Origin: Alphaproteobacteria bacterium
GTDB lineage: Bacteria; Pseudomonadota; Alphaproteobacteria; Bin95
NCBI GenBank assembly: GCA_965205265.1
Contig: CBDBGH010000003.1
Location: 192,001 to 256,000 of the forward strand
Direction: 5' to 3'
Length of the DNA: 64,000 nucleotides
Position numbers and translations under genes: made by a program. Below, piece by piece: positions 29,141 to 38,972 of the stretch. Position 1 is the first letter of the stretch, and every line of letters begins with the position of its first letter. The notes beneath the pieces are model-generated. The model was not told the DNA's origin and did no database searches. It saw only the letters and a list, made by a program, of their open reading frames with translations.

Positions 29141-29721
29141 GGGGTGCTCTCCTGCGCCCAAGGCCCGAGCAGCTTCCGCATGTCATTGATCGCGTTTCTG
29201 GCTTCCTTCAACTTTCCACGTTCGACTGCGGGCCGCACTGTGGCGAGGAACGCAGTCCATCTTTGAAGTAATCTGCGGAATGCGATTTCGCCTTCCCCAT
29301 CCACGATATTCAGTCCTGGGCAACCGATGGAGAAATCGTTCTCCAAGGTGTTTTTCACCCGTAGAGCTAGGCTTGCCGCCATTGCTCGTTTGGTTGCGTC
29401 GGGCGGGTCAGAGAAGGCTTCTGCGAAAATCTCTTGGGCCTCTGCGACCATACGGGCATGGGCTCTAAGGCGTTGTGACGGTAGGAGGCTGATGACGAGT
29501 GCTGTGGCTACGGCGAGGCCACAGACCAGGTAGATTTCAGTCCAGCCGATGTAAGGGCCGAATACGCCGCCTTGAGCGCCACCCAAGAAGCTCATGACGA
29601 CACCGTAGAAGAAGGCGACCACGGCCCACCAGGACACGGCATCGCGCATCCAATACAGGAAGAGCGCCCCTCGTCCCCCCATGCCCCGTCTCCAACCAAA
29701 GCTGTGGCTGCATGATGGCAC
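29137..29721 (-). CDS. Hypothetical membrane protein, lower GC (start uncertain)
   Basis: 194-aa ORF with two TM segments; its stop overlaps the IS1595 ATG. Confidence 0.55.
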   Translation of the reverse strand: MPSCSHSFGWRRGMGGRGALFLYWMRDAVSWWAVVAFFYGVVMSFLGGAQGGVFGPYIGWTEIYLVCGLAVATALVISLLPSQRLRAHARMVAEAQEIFAEAFSDPPDATKRAMAASLALRVKNTLENDFSIGCPGLNIVDGEGEIAFRRLLQRWTAFLATVRPAVERGKLKEARNAINDMRKLLGPWAQESTP

Positions 29722-29830
29722 GAAATGGCACTGAACATTCGCGTTCCCTTGTTTTTCAAGAGTTTCGTTCAGTGTTCTATATAATTGAGGAATATTACCT
29801 AAATTTCATGAAAGACCGGCCTCCTGTTCG

Positions 29831-30091
29831 TCAGCCAGACCTGTCCTGTGCCCTCACATAGCTTTCGAGCACGCGATTAATTCGCGTCTGGTACCCCTTT
29901 CCCGGCGCGCGAAAGTGGTTCAGCACCGAGCGTTTGATTCGCAGCGTCACCTGTTCAGTCCGGTCCGGTTCGACCGGTTCGGCCTCGCGCCAGAAGCCCG
30001 CATCCAGTTCCGGGATGTCGCTGAAGTCTATCGCGCTGTCCTCGACGATTGCGATTTCAGCGGTTGTCAGGGGTTTTGCCTGTTCTGTCAC
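29831..30091 (-). CDS. BrnA-family antitoxin (orphan)
   Basis: IDFSDIPELD..VTLRI..F..GKGYQTRINRVL. Confidence 0.8.
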   Translation of the reverse strand: MTEQAKPLTTAEIAIVEDSAIDFSDIPELDAGFWREAEPVEPDRTEQVTLRIKRSVLNHFRAPGKGYQTRINRVLESYVRAQDRSG

Positions 30092-30195
30092 AGCATGCGG
30101 CCTGTCGTTCCGAGGAGTCGGGTATGCGGAGGCGGGGACCGGCCGCTTCTCCGACGGTCCCGAACAGCCTGTATAAGCTCCAACGGCCGGAAACC

Positions 30196-31119
30196 TCAAC
30201 CGCTCACCAGGATGAGGATGCCGGCTATGACGAGGAGGATGCCGGTGATTTCGAGGCGCGAGCTGCGTTCCTTGAAGATGAAGATGCCGGCGGCGAAGGT
30301 GAAGACCAGCTCGATCTGGCCGAGCGCGCGGACATAGGCGACGTTCTGGAGCGTCATGGCGGTGAACCAGCCGATGGAGGAGAGTGCGCCGGCGAAGCCC
30401 GCAAGGCTGGCCCAGCGCCAGGACCTCAGCACGGCGCGAAGCTGGCCGGGCTCCCGCCAGGCCATCCACAGCGCCATGCCGACCGTTTGCGCCAGGATGA
30501 CGAAGGCGAGCGTGAAGCCCGCCTGCATCAGGAAGCCCGGCCCGCCTCCGGAATCGGGGTCCCCGAGCGAGAGCGACGCCGCCCGGAAGGCGACCGCGGA
30601 GACGCCGAACAGCGTGCCGGAGAAGATGCCGATGAGCGCCGTCCGCTCGGTCCAGCCGAGCCACAGCCTCCTCCAGTCGAGTTCGCTCTTCGCCGTGGAG
30701 AGCAGCATGACGCCGATCAGGCTGATGAAGATCGCCACAGCGGCCGCAAGGCTGACGCCGTCGCCGAGGATGACCAGCCCGAACAGCGCCGCCTGCACCG
30801 TCTCGGTCTTGGAATAGGTGGTGCCGACCGCGAAGTCGCGGAAGGAGAACAGCCAGACCAGGCAGAAGGTGGCGCCGATCTGCGTCACCCCGCCGACAAG
30901 GCCGTAGATGAAAAACGCCGCATTGGGCTCGGGCCAGTCCATCCCGGCGCCGTAATGCAGCGCCAGCACATAGGCGGCCAGCACCGGGACCCCGTAGCCG
31001 AACCGCGAGAAGGTCGCGCCCGCGGTCGAGAGCACGCCCTTGAGGTGCTTCTGGACGGCGCTTCGGAGGTTCTGGCAAAAGGCGGCGAAGATCGTGACCG
31101 GAATCCAGAGCTCGATCAC
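30196..31119 (-). CDS. EamA/DMT family transporter
   Basis: About 10 TM helices; FAVGTTYSKTE and AYVRALGQIE motifs. Confidence 0.88.
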   Translation of the reverse strand: MIELWIPVTIFAAFCQNLRSAVQKHLKGVLSTAGATFSRFGYGVPVLAAYVLALHYGAGMDWPEPNAAFFIYGLVGGVTQIGATFCLVWLFSFRDFAVGTTYSKTETVQAALFGLVILGDGVSLAAAVAIFISLIGVMLLSTAKSELDWRRLWLGWTERTALIGIFSGTLFGVSAVAFRAASLSLGDPDSGGGPGFLMQAGFTLAFVILAQTVGMALWMAWREPGQLRAVLRSWRWASLAGFAGALSSIGWFTAMTLQNVAYVRALGQIELVFTFAAGIFIFKERSSRLEITGILLVIAGILILVSG

Positions 31120-31196
31120 CGGGGCAAAATCCTATTGTGTTGAACCAGTACCGGCGAGACGGCTCGGCCGTTTCCCCGAACGAAGCGCCCCCCAAC

Positions 31197-31302
31197 CGTC
31201 ACCCCGGACGTCGCGCCAGCGGCGATCCGGGGTCCATCTCCCGACTGTCCAACCAGATTTCGACAGGCAGGGCTGGGCCCCGGCTCGGAGGCCGGGGCGA
31301 CG
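31197..31302. repeat. REP-like double-hairpin repeat (family R2)
   Basis: CGTCACCCCGG..CCGGGGTCC...GCCCCGGCTCGGAGGCCGGGGCGACG; both hairpins recur at 60779-60856. Confidence 0.7.
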
Positions 31303-31348
31303 CTGTTGGCGAACTTTCCGTTCCGTTGCAAGACGGCGGGACACTGCA

Positions 31349-31948
31349 CTAGGCGAGCGCCTCCTCGATCCGTTCGCGCAACATGCCGAGGCGGTCCCCG
31401 CCCCAGAACAATTCGTCCCTGAAGAGATAGCTCGGCACGCCGAATATGCCGGCCTCCTCCGCCTCCTTCTGGTTGGCGTCGTGGCGCCGGCGGCCCTCGC
31501 CTTCCGCCCATTCCGGGAAACCGGCGGCCGGGACGCCCGCTTCCTCCAGCACCGAGGCGATGACGGCGGGGTCCTCGATTTCGAGCTCGCGCTTCCAGAA
31601 GCGCTCGAACACGCGGTCGATATAGGGCTCGAACCGCCCGTGGTCCTGCGCGCGCAGCATGCCGATATGGGCGACGGAGCTGTCGAAGATCTTCTGCGGG
31701 CCGCGCACCGTCAGCCCGACCTGGTTGGCGAGCCGGCGCGCGTCCATGTAGCTGTAGAGCACGCGGCGCCACTGGTGCGGGTTGCGCGTCTCCACCGCGC
31801 CCAGGAAATCCGGAATCTCCAGCGTGTAGGGTTTCCAGACCGGGACGATGCCGAACTCCGCCGCCAGCGCCCGCGTCGGCGCGATAGCGAGATAGGCGTA
31901 GGGGCTCTTGACGTCGATATAGACGGTCAGCGCGGGGGCATCGGTCAT
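31349..31948 (-). CDS. DsbA-like/kappa-GST HCCA isomerase family
   Basis: DVKSPYAYL, GIFGVPSY and LFWGGDRL motifs. Confidence 0.88.
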   Translation of the reverse strand: MTDAPALTVYIDVKSPYAYLAIAPTRALAAEFGIVPVWKPYTLEIPDFLGAVETRNPHQWRRVLYSYMDARRLANQVGLTVRGPQKIFDSSVAHIGMLRAQDHGRFEPYIDRVFERFWKRELEIEDPAVIASVLEEAGVPAAGFPEWAEGEGRRRHDANQKEAEEAGIFGVPSYLFRDELFWGGDRLGMLRERIEEALA

Positions 31949-32066
31949 GGGGCCGTAAAGTCCGTCGTCCTTGAACGCGGCGCGGTTTGCGAACAGACTG
32001 CCGCCGCTTGCGAGAGGGACAGAAAATGGCACGCACAGCGCCGATTGTCGAACCGGCGGCCGCAGC

Positions 32067-33026
32067 ATGAGCGGCCTGCGCGAGCGCGCGCCGATGGACC
32101 CGGAAATGCGGGCCTTCCTCGACGCGACGACGGATACCGCGACGCAGGAGCTCGACCCGCTGGAAACGCCGCTGCCGGAAATGCGCCGGGCGATGGAGGC
32201 GGGCCGGATCGGCTATGCCGCGGGCGGGCCCGCCATGCGCGAGGCGGCGGACCGCGCGCTGGAGGGGCCGGGGCGGCTCATCCTCGCGCGCTTCAACATG
32301 CCCGAGGCCGACGGACCGCTGCCGGCCTTCGTGCTGCTGCATGGCGGCGGCTGGACCTGGAACACGATCTATACCGGCGACCGCACGGCGCGCGAATACG
32401 CCGCCCGCGCGGGCGCGGCGGTCATCGCGCCCGACTACTCGCTCTCCCCGGAATACAAGTTCCCCCAGGCGCTCGACGAATGCGTGGCGGCGCTCAGGGC
32501 CGTGCGCGCCCGGGCGGAGGAATGGGGCATAGACCCCGACCGGATCGCCGTCGGCGGGGATTCGGCCGGCGGCAATCTCGCGCTCGCCGCCGCGCTTGCG
32601 CTGCGCGACGAGGGCGAGGACTGGCTACGCGGCGCGCTGCTCAACTACGGCGTGTTCGACAGCGATTTCACCCGCGAAAGCTACCGGCTCTACGGCGGCG
32701 GCGACCTCTATCTCTCGGCGCGGCTCATGCGCTTCTTCTGGAGCAACTATGTGCGCACGCCCGACCAGATGACGCATCCGCTGGCTGCACCTTTGCGCGC
32801 CGACCTCGCCGGCCTGCCGCCGCTGCGCATCGCCGCGGCGGAGCTGGACGTGCTGGCGGACGAGAGCCTGGCGCTTGCGGAGAAAGCCAAGGCGTCCGGA
32901 GTGGACACCGAATATGCGCTCTATGAGGGCGTGACCCACGGCTTTCTGAGAGCCGCCGCCTCGGTCGCGAAGGCGGAGCGCTGCCTCGCCGACGGCGCCC
33001 TCTGGCTGAAACGAATCCTTGCCTGA
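32067..33026 (+). CDS. HSL-family alpha/beta hydrolase (esterase)
   Basis: HGGGW, GDSAGG, ELDVL and HGF motifs. Confidence 0.9.
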   Translation: MSGLRERAPMDPEMRAFLDATTDTATQELDPLETPLPEMRRAMEAGRIGYAAGGPAMREAADRALEGPGRLILARFNMPEADGPLPAFVLLHGGGWTWNTIYTGDRTAREYAARAGAAVIAPDYSLSPEYKFPQALDECVAALRAVRARAEEWGIDPDRIAVGGDSAGGNLALAAALALRDEGEDWLRGALLNYGVFDSDFTRESYRLYGGGDLYLSARLMRFFWSNYVRTPDQMTHPLAAPLRADLAGLPPLRIAAAELDVLADESLALAEKAKASGVDTEYALYEGVTHGFLRAAASVAKAERCLADGALWLKRILA

Positions 33027-33043
33027 AACCGGAGCACCTGACG

Positions 33044-33676
33044 ATGCCGGACGAACGCCTTTCCTACTACTTCACCATGGCCTCGCCCTGGACCTATCTC
33101 GGCCATGACGAGGCGATGGCGCTCTGCCGCCAGCACGGGGTCGCCGTGGACATCCTGCCCGTGGACCTCGCCGATGTGTTCTCGACCTCCGGCGGGCTGC
33201 CGCTGCCGCAGCGCGCGCCGCAGCGCCGGGCCTACCGGCTGGTCGAACTGCAGCGCTGGCGGACGCGGCGCGGCGCCGATCTGAACCTCCATCCGAAATA
33301 TTTTCCGGCCCCGGCCGACAAGGCCAATTGCATGGCGGTGGCGGCCGTCATGGGCGGCCTAGACGCGGCGGCGCTGGCGCGCGCGCTGATGCGCGGGGTG
33401 TGGGCCGAAGACCGCAATATCGGCGATGACGGCGACCTTGCGGCCATCGCCGACGCCGCGGGCTTCGACGGCGCGGCGCTGCTCGCGGAAGCCGCCAGCG
33501 ACGCCGTGCAGGACCGCTACCGCGCGCAGACTGAACAGGCCAAGGCCGCGGGCGTGTTCGGCGCGCCCACCTATGTGTGGCGCGGCGAGCCCTTCTGGGG
33601 CCAGGACCGGCTGGACTTCCTCGCCCGCGCGCTTGCCGGCGAGACCGAACCCATCGTGCTGCCCGGGGAGGCGTGA
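33044..33676 (+). CDS. HCCA isomerase/kappa-GST family
   Basis: SPWTYLG, GVFGAPTY and FWGQDRL motifs. Confidence 0.9.
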   Translation: MPDERLSYYFTMASPWTYLGHDEAMALCRQHGVAVDILPVDLADVFSTSGGLPLPQRAPQRRAYRLVELQRWRTRRGADLNLHPKYFPAPADKANCMAVAAVMGGLDAAALARALMRGVWAEDRNIGDDGDLAAIADAAGFDGAALLAEAASDAVQDRYRAQTEQAKAAGVFGAPTYVWRGEPFWGQDRLDFLARALAGETEPIVLPGEA

Positions 33677-33683
33677 GGACCCC

Positions 33684-34289
33684 ATGGCCGGCAAGACCGT
33701 CGACTACTATTTCTGCATGAACTCGCCCTGGGTCTATCTCAGCCAGCGCCGGCTGGAGGAGATCGCGGCGGGGCAGGGCGCCCGCATCGTCTACCATCCG
33801 GTCGATCTTCGCGAGATGATGCTCCGCCTGATCGGCATGGACGACCCGCCGGAGCGCTCGGAGTTGCACCGCGCGTACGGCAAGCGCGACATGGAGCGCT
33901 GGGCGGAATTCTACGGCCTGCCGATCTCGGACGAGCCGCGTTACTACCCCGTCTCGCAGCATCTGGCGGCGCGGGTGGTGGTCGCCGCCGACCGCTTCGG
34001 CGCGGACGTGGCGCCGCTGGTGCTGGCGTTGCCGCGCGCCGTCTGGGCGGAGGACCGCGACATCGCCGACAAGGCGGTGCTGACCGCGATCTGCGAGGAA
34101 TGCGGCCTGCCGGGCGACATCCTGCTCCGCGCCGCCGACGACACGGAAACGCTGGAGCGCTTCGGCGCGAATACCGACGAGGCGCTGGCGCGCGGCGTGT
34201 TCGGCATTCCGAGCTATGTGGTGGAGGGCGAGGTCTTCTGGGGGCAGGACCGGCTGGACTTCGTCGAGCGCGCGCTCGCCGCCGCGTGA
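33684..34289 (+). CDS. HCCA isomerase/kappa-GST family
   Basis: NSPWVYL, GVFGIPSY and FWGQDRL motifs. Confidence 0.9.
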   Translation: MAGKTVDYYFCMNSPWVYLSQRRLEEIAAGQGARIVYHPVDLREMMLRLIGMDDPPERSELHRAYGKRDMERWAEFYGLPISDEPRYYPVSQHLAARVVVAADRFGADVAPLVLALPRAVWAEDRDIADKAVLTAICEECGLPGDILLRAADDTETLERFGANTDEALARGVFGIPSYVVEGEVFWGQDRLDFVERALAAA

Positions 34290-35209
34290 AGCGTCCCCAT
34301 GGCGGCGACCTCGGCCATGCCCGCCGGGCCTTCGGCGAGCCCGAGGGCGGCTGGATCGACCTCTCGACCGGCGTCAACCCCTGGCCCTGGCCCGCGCCGC
34401 CGCTGCCGCCCGAGGCGCTGGGGCGGCTGCCCTCCGAAGAGGGGCTTGCCGACCTCTCCGCCGCCGCCGCGCGGGCCTTCGGCGCGAGCCGCGCGCTGCC
34501 CGTGCCGGGCGCGCAGGCGGCAATCCTCCACCTGCCTTACTGTCTGGCTCCGGGCGATGTCGCGGTCGTCTCGCCCACCTACAACGAGCATGGCCCCGCA
34601 TGGGAGGCGGCGGGCCACCGCGTGCGCCTTGTTGCGGAGCCGGAACCGGCCGGGGTGCTGGTCGCCACCAATCCGAACAATCCCGACGGCCGTTCATGGC
34701 GGCCCGAAGAGCTGCTCGCGGTGGATTGCGGCCTGCTGGTCGTGGACGAGTCCTTTGTCGATCCGACCCCGGAGCTTTCGCTGGCGAGGCAGGAGCATGT
34801 CGTCGTGCTGCGGTCCTTCGGCAAATTTTACGGCCTGCCGGGGCTCCGGCTCGGCTTCGCGCTCGGCCCCGGCGGGCTGCTGGACCGGCTGGAGGCGCGG
34901 CTCGGCCCCTGGCCGGTCTCGGGGCCCGCGCTCGAAATCGGCGCCCGCGCCTATCGCGACGGGGCGTGGGCCGCGGAGACGCGCGTCCGGCTCGGGCGGG
35001 CGGCGGCGCGGCTCGACGAGGCGCTGGCGGCGCGCGGCTACGACCTGCTGGGCGGCACGCCGCTCTTCCGCTTCGTCGCCGGCGAGGGCGGCGCGGCGCG
35101 CTTCGCCCGCCAGGGCCTTTGGGTCCGCAGTTTCCCGGACATGCCGGGCCGCTTCCGCCTCGGCCTCCCCCCGGACGAGGCCGCCTGGGCCCGGCTTGCG
35201 CACCTATAG
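34286..35209 (+). CDS. cobD: Threonine-phosphate decarboxylase (CobD/CobC)
   Basis: HGGDL, WIDLSTGVNP, NPNNPDG and LRSFGKFYGLPGLRLG motifs. Confidence 0.88.
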   Translation: MKRPHGGDLGHARRAFGEPEGGWIDLSTGVNPWPWPAPPLPPEALGRLPSEEGLADLSAAAARAFGASRALPVPGAQAAILHLPYCLAPGDVAVVSPTYNEHGPAWEAAGHRVRLVAEPEPAGVLVATNPNNPDGRSWRPEELLAVDCGLLVVDESFVDPTPELSLARQEHVVVLRSFGKFYGLPGLRLGFALGPGGLLDRLEARLGPWPVSGPALEIGARAYRDGAWAAETRVRLGRAAARLDEALAARGYDLLGGTPLFRFVAGEGGAARFARQGLWVRSFPDMPGRFRLGLPPDEAAWARLAHL

Positions 35210-35224
35210 CGCCTGGCCAAGGCG

Positions 35225-35250
35225 AAAGCCCCGCCGGGCGGCGGGGCTTT
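35225..35250. terminator. Bidirectional intrinsic terminator
   Basis: AAAGCCCCGCC-gggc-GGCGGGGCTTT between convergent genes. Confidence 0.75.
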
Positions 35251-35260
35251 GCTCATGAGG

Positions 35261-36091
35261 CTACGGCGAGAACGACACCGTGTCCGGGATTTCCTTGATG
35301 CCGCTGTATTTCAGCATCGCCTCCTTCATGCGCCGCTCGTTGTGGCCCAGGAGATTGTTCCACTCGGCCCACCAGTTCAGGAACTTCTTGAAGGTGGGGT
35401 CCGTCTCGCTGCGGATGCCGAAATAGCCGGGCAGCGCCGCGCGCGGCTTCGGATTGTTGAAGGTGCCGAGCTCGGGGTTCTTCTCCTTGGCGATCATGCT
35501 GGAGAGCACCGTGGTGGTGAAGGCGTCGGCCCGCCCCGATTTGACCGCAAGGATGATCTGCGAGAACTCCTTGAACTGCACCTGGGTCGCCTTGGGCGCC
35601 CATTTTTCCAGCAGCAGCTGGTCGGAGGTTCCGGTCATCACCGCGACCTTGACATCCGGATTGTTGTAGTCGGCCCAGTTCTTGCCTTCGAAGTCCTTGT
35701 TGTTCACGGTCACCCATTCGATCCAGTAGATCGGGCCCGCAAAGTCGATGGCCGTCGCGCGCACCGGCGTCGCCTGCATGCCGGCCGCGAAATCGACCTT
35801 GCCGGAGGAGATCGCAAGCACCAGCTCGCTCCAGCCGCCGACCTCGACCATGTTGAGCTCGACCTTGAGCTCCTTGGCCACGTCCTTCGCCATCTCGATG
35901 AGCGCGCCGCCCCATTCGTTGGTGTCCTTGTCCTTCACGAAATAGGGCGGATAGTTGAACACCGCGAACTTGACCTCGCCGCTGCTCTTGATGCGCTCCC
36001 AGGTGGACTCCGCCTGGCCCGCGGTCGTGCCTCCGACCAGAAGCGCGGCGGCCATGAAGACCGGTGCCAGCGCCGCGAGAATCCTCTTCAT
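35261..36091 (-). CDS. Polar amino-acid ABC substrate-binding protein
   Basis: Signal peptide; STWERIKSSG, ATPVRA and VKSGRADA motifs (SBP family 3). Confidence 0.88.
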   Translation of the reverse strand: MKRILAALAPVFMAAALLVGGTTAGQAESTWERIKSSGEVKFAVFNYPPYFVKDKDTNEWGGALIEMAKDVAKELKVELNMVEVGGWSELVLAISSGKVDFAAGMQATPVRATAIDFAGPIYWIEWVTVNNKDFEGKNWADYNNPDVKVAVMTGTSDQLLLEKWAPKATQVQFKEFSQIILAVKSGRADAFTTTVLSSMIAKEKNPELGTFNNPKPRAALPGYFGIRSETDPTFKKFLNWWAEWNNLLGHNERRMKEAMLKYSGIKEIPDTVSFSP

Positions 36092-36273
36092 CGGCTTTCT
36101 CCTTCGTTTGCCAAACGGCGAACGCCCGCCGTCACGAGCCGGCGGGCGATTGCGCCACTGCGATAGTCCGCCGCATACGGGCGGAGGGCAAGAGAATTAT
36201 TCCGCCGCGCCGGGCCCAACTTGACCCGGCGTTCCGGCCCCTATAGGGAGCAGGCGGCGGCGGAGTGCGGACC

Positions 36274-37434
36274 ATGGCCCTCGAACCCTCCGGAACCTTC
36301 CCGAGCGGCGCTCCGGCCCGCCCGAAGATCGAACGGCTGCGGGTCCATGTCGTCAACATCCCGGTCCAGGCGGTCCACTCCCATGGCAGCGGCGACATAG
36401 CAGGGGTCAACAGCGTCATCCTCGAATTGGTGACGGACGGCGGCCTCACCGGCTGGGGCGAGGCGTCGCCCTGGCCCGTCTTCACCGGCACGGTCGAGGC
36501 GAATGCGGCGGCCCTGCATGTCCATCTGCGCCCGCATCTGCTGGGGCAGGACCCCGTGCAGGTCGGCAAGCACATGGCGATGGCGGACAGGGTCGTCGTC
36601 GGCTGCCCGGAGGCGAAAGCCGCGCTCGAAGCCGCGCTTCTCGATATAACGGGGCAGGTGAGCGGCCTCTCGGTGTCGGAACTGGTGGGCGGCCGCCACC
36701 GCGACCGGGTGCCGCTCAGTTTTTCCGTCGCCAATCCCGATTTCGACGCCGACCTCGACGATATCGCCCGCATCGTGGGGGACGGTGTGGGCATCCTCAA
36801 GATCAAGACCGGCTTCGCGGACCATGCCTTCGACCGGATGCGGCTGGAGAAACTGCGTGCGCTCTACGGCGATACGCTCAGCCTGCGCATCGACTACAAC
36901 CAGGGCCTCCGGGCCACCGACGCCATCCGTACGCTCAGGGACCTGGAATGCTTCGGGCTGGCCTTCATCGAGCAGCCGGTGAAGCGCCACGAGCGCGCCG
37001 CACTCGCGGAGATAACCCGCGCCCTCGACACGCCCGTCATGGCGGACGAAGCGGTGTTCGACCCGCGCGAGGCGCTGGAGGGCGTGTCGATGCGGCTTGC
37101 CGACATCTTCGCGCTCAAGATCATGAAGTCGGGCGGCATCGGGCGCGCGCTGGAAGTGGCGGCGATCGCGCGCCTCGGCGGCATCGACGTCTATGGCGGC
37201 TGCATGTTCGAGACCGGCATCGCCCATGCCGCCGGCGCGCAGCTGATGGCGGCGCTGCCGGAGCTGCATCTCGGCTGCGAGTTCTACATGTCCAGCTATT
37301 ACCTCAAGGAGGACATACTGGCCGAGCCGTTCCCCGTCCGGGACGGCATGGTGCATGTGCCGGACGGGCCGGGCCTGGGCGTGACGGTCGATCCTGACCG
37401 CCTCGCGAAATACCGCACGCTGCTGCTCGAATGA
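36274..37434 (+). CDS. Enolase-superfamily muconate cycloisomerase/epimerase-like enzyme
   Basis: GWGEA, KIKTG, RIDYNQ, IEQP, MADE and PDGPGLGV motifs. Confidence 0.88.
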   Translation: MALEPSGTFPSGAPARPKIERLRVHVVNIPVQAVHSHGSGDIAGVNSVILELVTDGGLTGWGEASPWPVFTGTVEANAAALHVHLRPHLLGQDPVQVGKHMAMADRVVVGCPEAKAALEAALLDITGQVSGLSVSELVGGRHRDRVPLSFSVANPDFDADLDDIARIVGDGVGILKIKTGFADHAFDRMRLEKLRALYGDTLSLRIDYNQGLRATDAIRTLRDLECFGLAFIEQPVKRHERAALAEITRALDTPVMADEAVFDPREALEGVSMRLADIFALKIMKSGGIGRALEVAAIARLGGIDVYGGCMFETGIAHAAGAQLMAALPELHLGCEFYMSSYYLKEDILAEPFPVRDGMVHVPDGPGLGVTVDPDRLAKYRTLLLE

Positions 37435-37436
37435 CC

Positions 37437-37462
37437 GGGTTCCCGGCCTGCCGGGAACCCGC
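37437..37462. terminator. GC hairpin between convergent genes
   Basis: CGGGTTCCCGGC-ct-GCCGGGAACCCG; no U-tract. Confidence 0.5.
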
Positions 37463-38274
37463 TACCCCTCCGCCGCCTGTCGGTGGAACCGCGCCAGGAA
37501 GGAGCGGGTGCGGGGGTTCTGCGGGTTTGCGAGCACGTCGTCCGCGGTACCTTCCTCGATCACTTCGCCCTGGTCCATGAAGATCACCCGGTCGGCAACA
37601 TCCTGCGCGAAGGCCATTTCATGGGTCACAACCACCATGGTCGCGCCGTCCCCCGCCAGGCCCTTCATCACGCCCAGCACCTCGCCGACCAGTTCCGGAT
37701 CGAGGGCGGAGGTCACCTCGTCGAACAGCAGCACCTCGGGCTTCATGGCGAGCGCGCGGGCTATGGCGACGCGCTGCTGCTGGCCGCCGGAGAGTTCGCG
37801 CGGCAGCCGGTCCTCCATCCCGGCGAGGCCGACGCGCGCCAGGTGTTCCATGGCGAGACTGCGGGCTTCCGCTGCCGGAATCCTCTGGACCACTGTGGGG
37901 CCGACCATGACGTTCTGGAGCGCCGTCTTGTGGGCGAACAGGTCGAATTGCTGGAACACCATGCCGAAGCGGGCGCGGAAGCGCGCCAGGTTGCGGCCGG
38001 TGGGCAGGCTGCGCCGGTTGGCGAAGTCCAGTTCCCGGTCTCCCACGCGCAGCGTGCCGCCGGTCGGCTCCTCCAGCAGGTTTAGGCACCGCAATGTCGT
38101 GGACTTGCCGCAACCGGACGGGCCGATGATGACGACCACTTCGCCCGCATGGACATCGAGCGATACGCCCCGCACGGCCTCGACCGAACCGTAGTTCTTG
38201 CGAAGGTTGCGCAGCGAGACGGTCGAGCGGCTGGCTGCGCCGTTGCCGGCGTTCGCTGCGGAACTATTGGTCAC
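37462..38274 (-). CDS. Amino-acid ABC ATP-binding protein
   Basis: [18 protein letters not shown] and [12 protein letters not shown] motifs. Confidence 0.92.
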   Translation of the reverse strand: MTNSSAANAGNGAASRSTVSLRNLRKNYGSVEAVRGVSLDVHAGEVVVIIGPSGCGKSTTLRCLNLLEEPTGGTLRVGDRELDFANRRSLPTGRNLARFRARFGMVFQQFDLFAHKTALQNVMVGPTVVQRIPAAEARSLAMEHLARVGLAGMEDRLPRELSGGQQQRVAIARALAMKPEVLLFDEVTSALDPELVGEVLGVMKGLAGDGATMVVVTHEMAFAQDVADRVIFMDQGEVIEEGTADDVLANPQNPRTRSFLARFHRQAAEG

Positions 38275-38926
38275 GTCGCGCCTCCAGCCGCTTGCCCCAC
38301 TGCGTCACCGGGTAGAGCAGGATGAAGTAGGCTATGGCCACCCCTGTATAGACCTCCAGCGGCCGGTAGGTGTCCGCCACTACCAGGTAGCCTGTGTACA
38401 TCATGTCCGGCACCGCAACGACATAGAGCAGCGCGGTGTTCTTGAACTGGATAACCGACTGGTTGACGAAGGGCGGCACCATCCGGCGGACCGCCTGCGG
38501 CAGGATGATGTGCTGCATCATCTCCCGGTAGGTCATGCCGATGGCCCGCGCCGCCTGCCACTGGCCCCGGTCGATGGAGATGATGCCGCCCCGGAAGATC
38601 TCGGTCGCGAAGCAGCCCATATAGAGCGTGAGCCCGATCCCGGCGGCCAGCCAGCCGGGCAGGTCCACCTGGATGATGATCGGGAGCGCAAAGAAGAACC
38701 AGATGATCTGCACCAGCACCGGCGTGCAGCGGAACAGCTCGACATAGGCGTGGATCGGGACGGTCAGCCACCAGCGGTTCGCGAGCAGGCCCATGCCGCA
38801 GATGACGCCGATGACGAGGCCGCCGGCGACCGTCCCGGTGGCATAGGCGATGGTGACCAGCAGGCCTTTCAGCCACCACCCTTCGTAGCCGATGAAGACG
38901 GTGTAGAAATCCCAGTTGTGTTCCAT
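38264..38926 (-). CDS. Amino-acid ABC permease
   Basis: [25 protein letters not shown] and ILPQA motifs. Confidence 0.9.
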   Translation of the reverse strand: MEHNWDFYTVFIGYEGWWLKGLLVTIAYATGTVAGGLVIGVICGMGLLANRWWLTVPIHAYVELFRCTPVLVQIIWFFFALPIIIQVDLPGWLAAGIGLTLYMGCFATEIFRGGIISIDRGQWQAARAIGMTYREMMQHIILPQAVRRMVPPFVNQSVIQFKNTALLYVVAVPDMMYTGYLVVADTYRPLEVYTGVAIAYFILLYPVTQWGKRLEARRDQ

Positions 38927-38972
38927 GGCTTCCTGTCTCCGTCTGCGGCGGCTCCCGGCCGGGACGCGCGGT

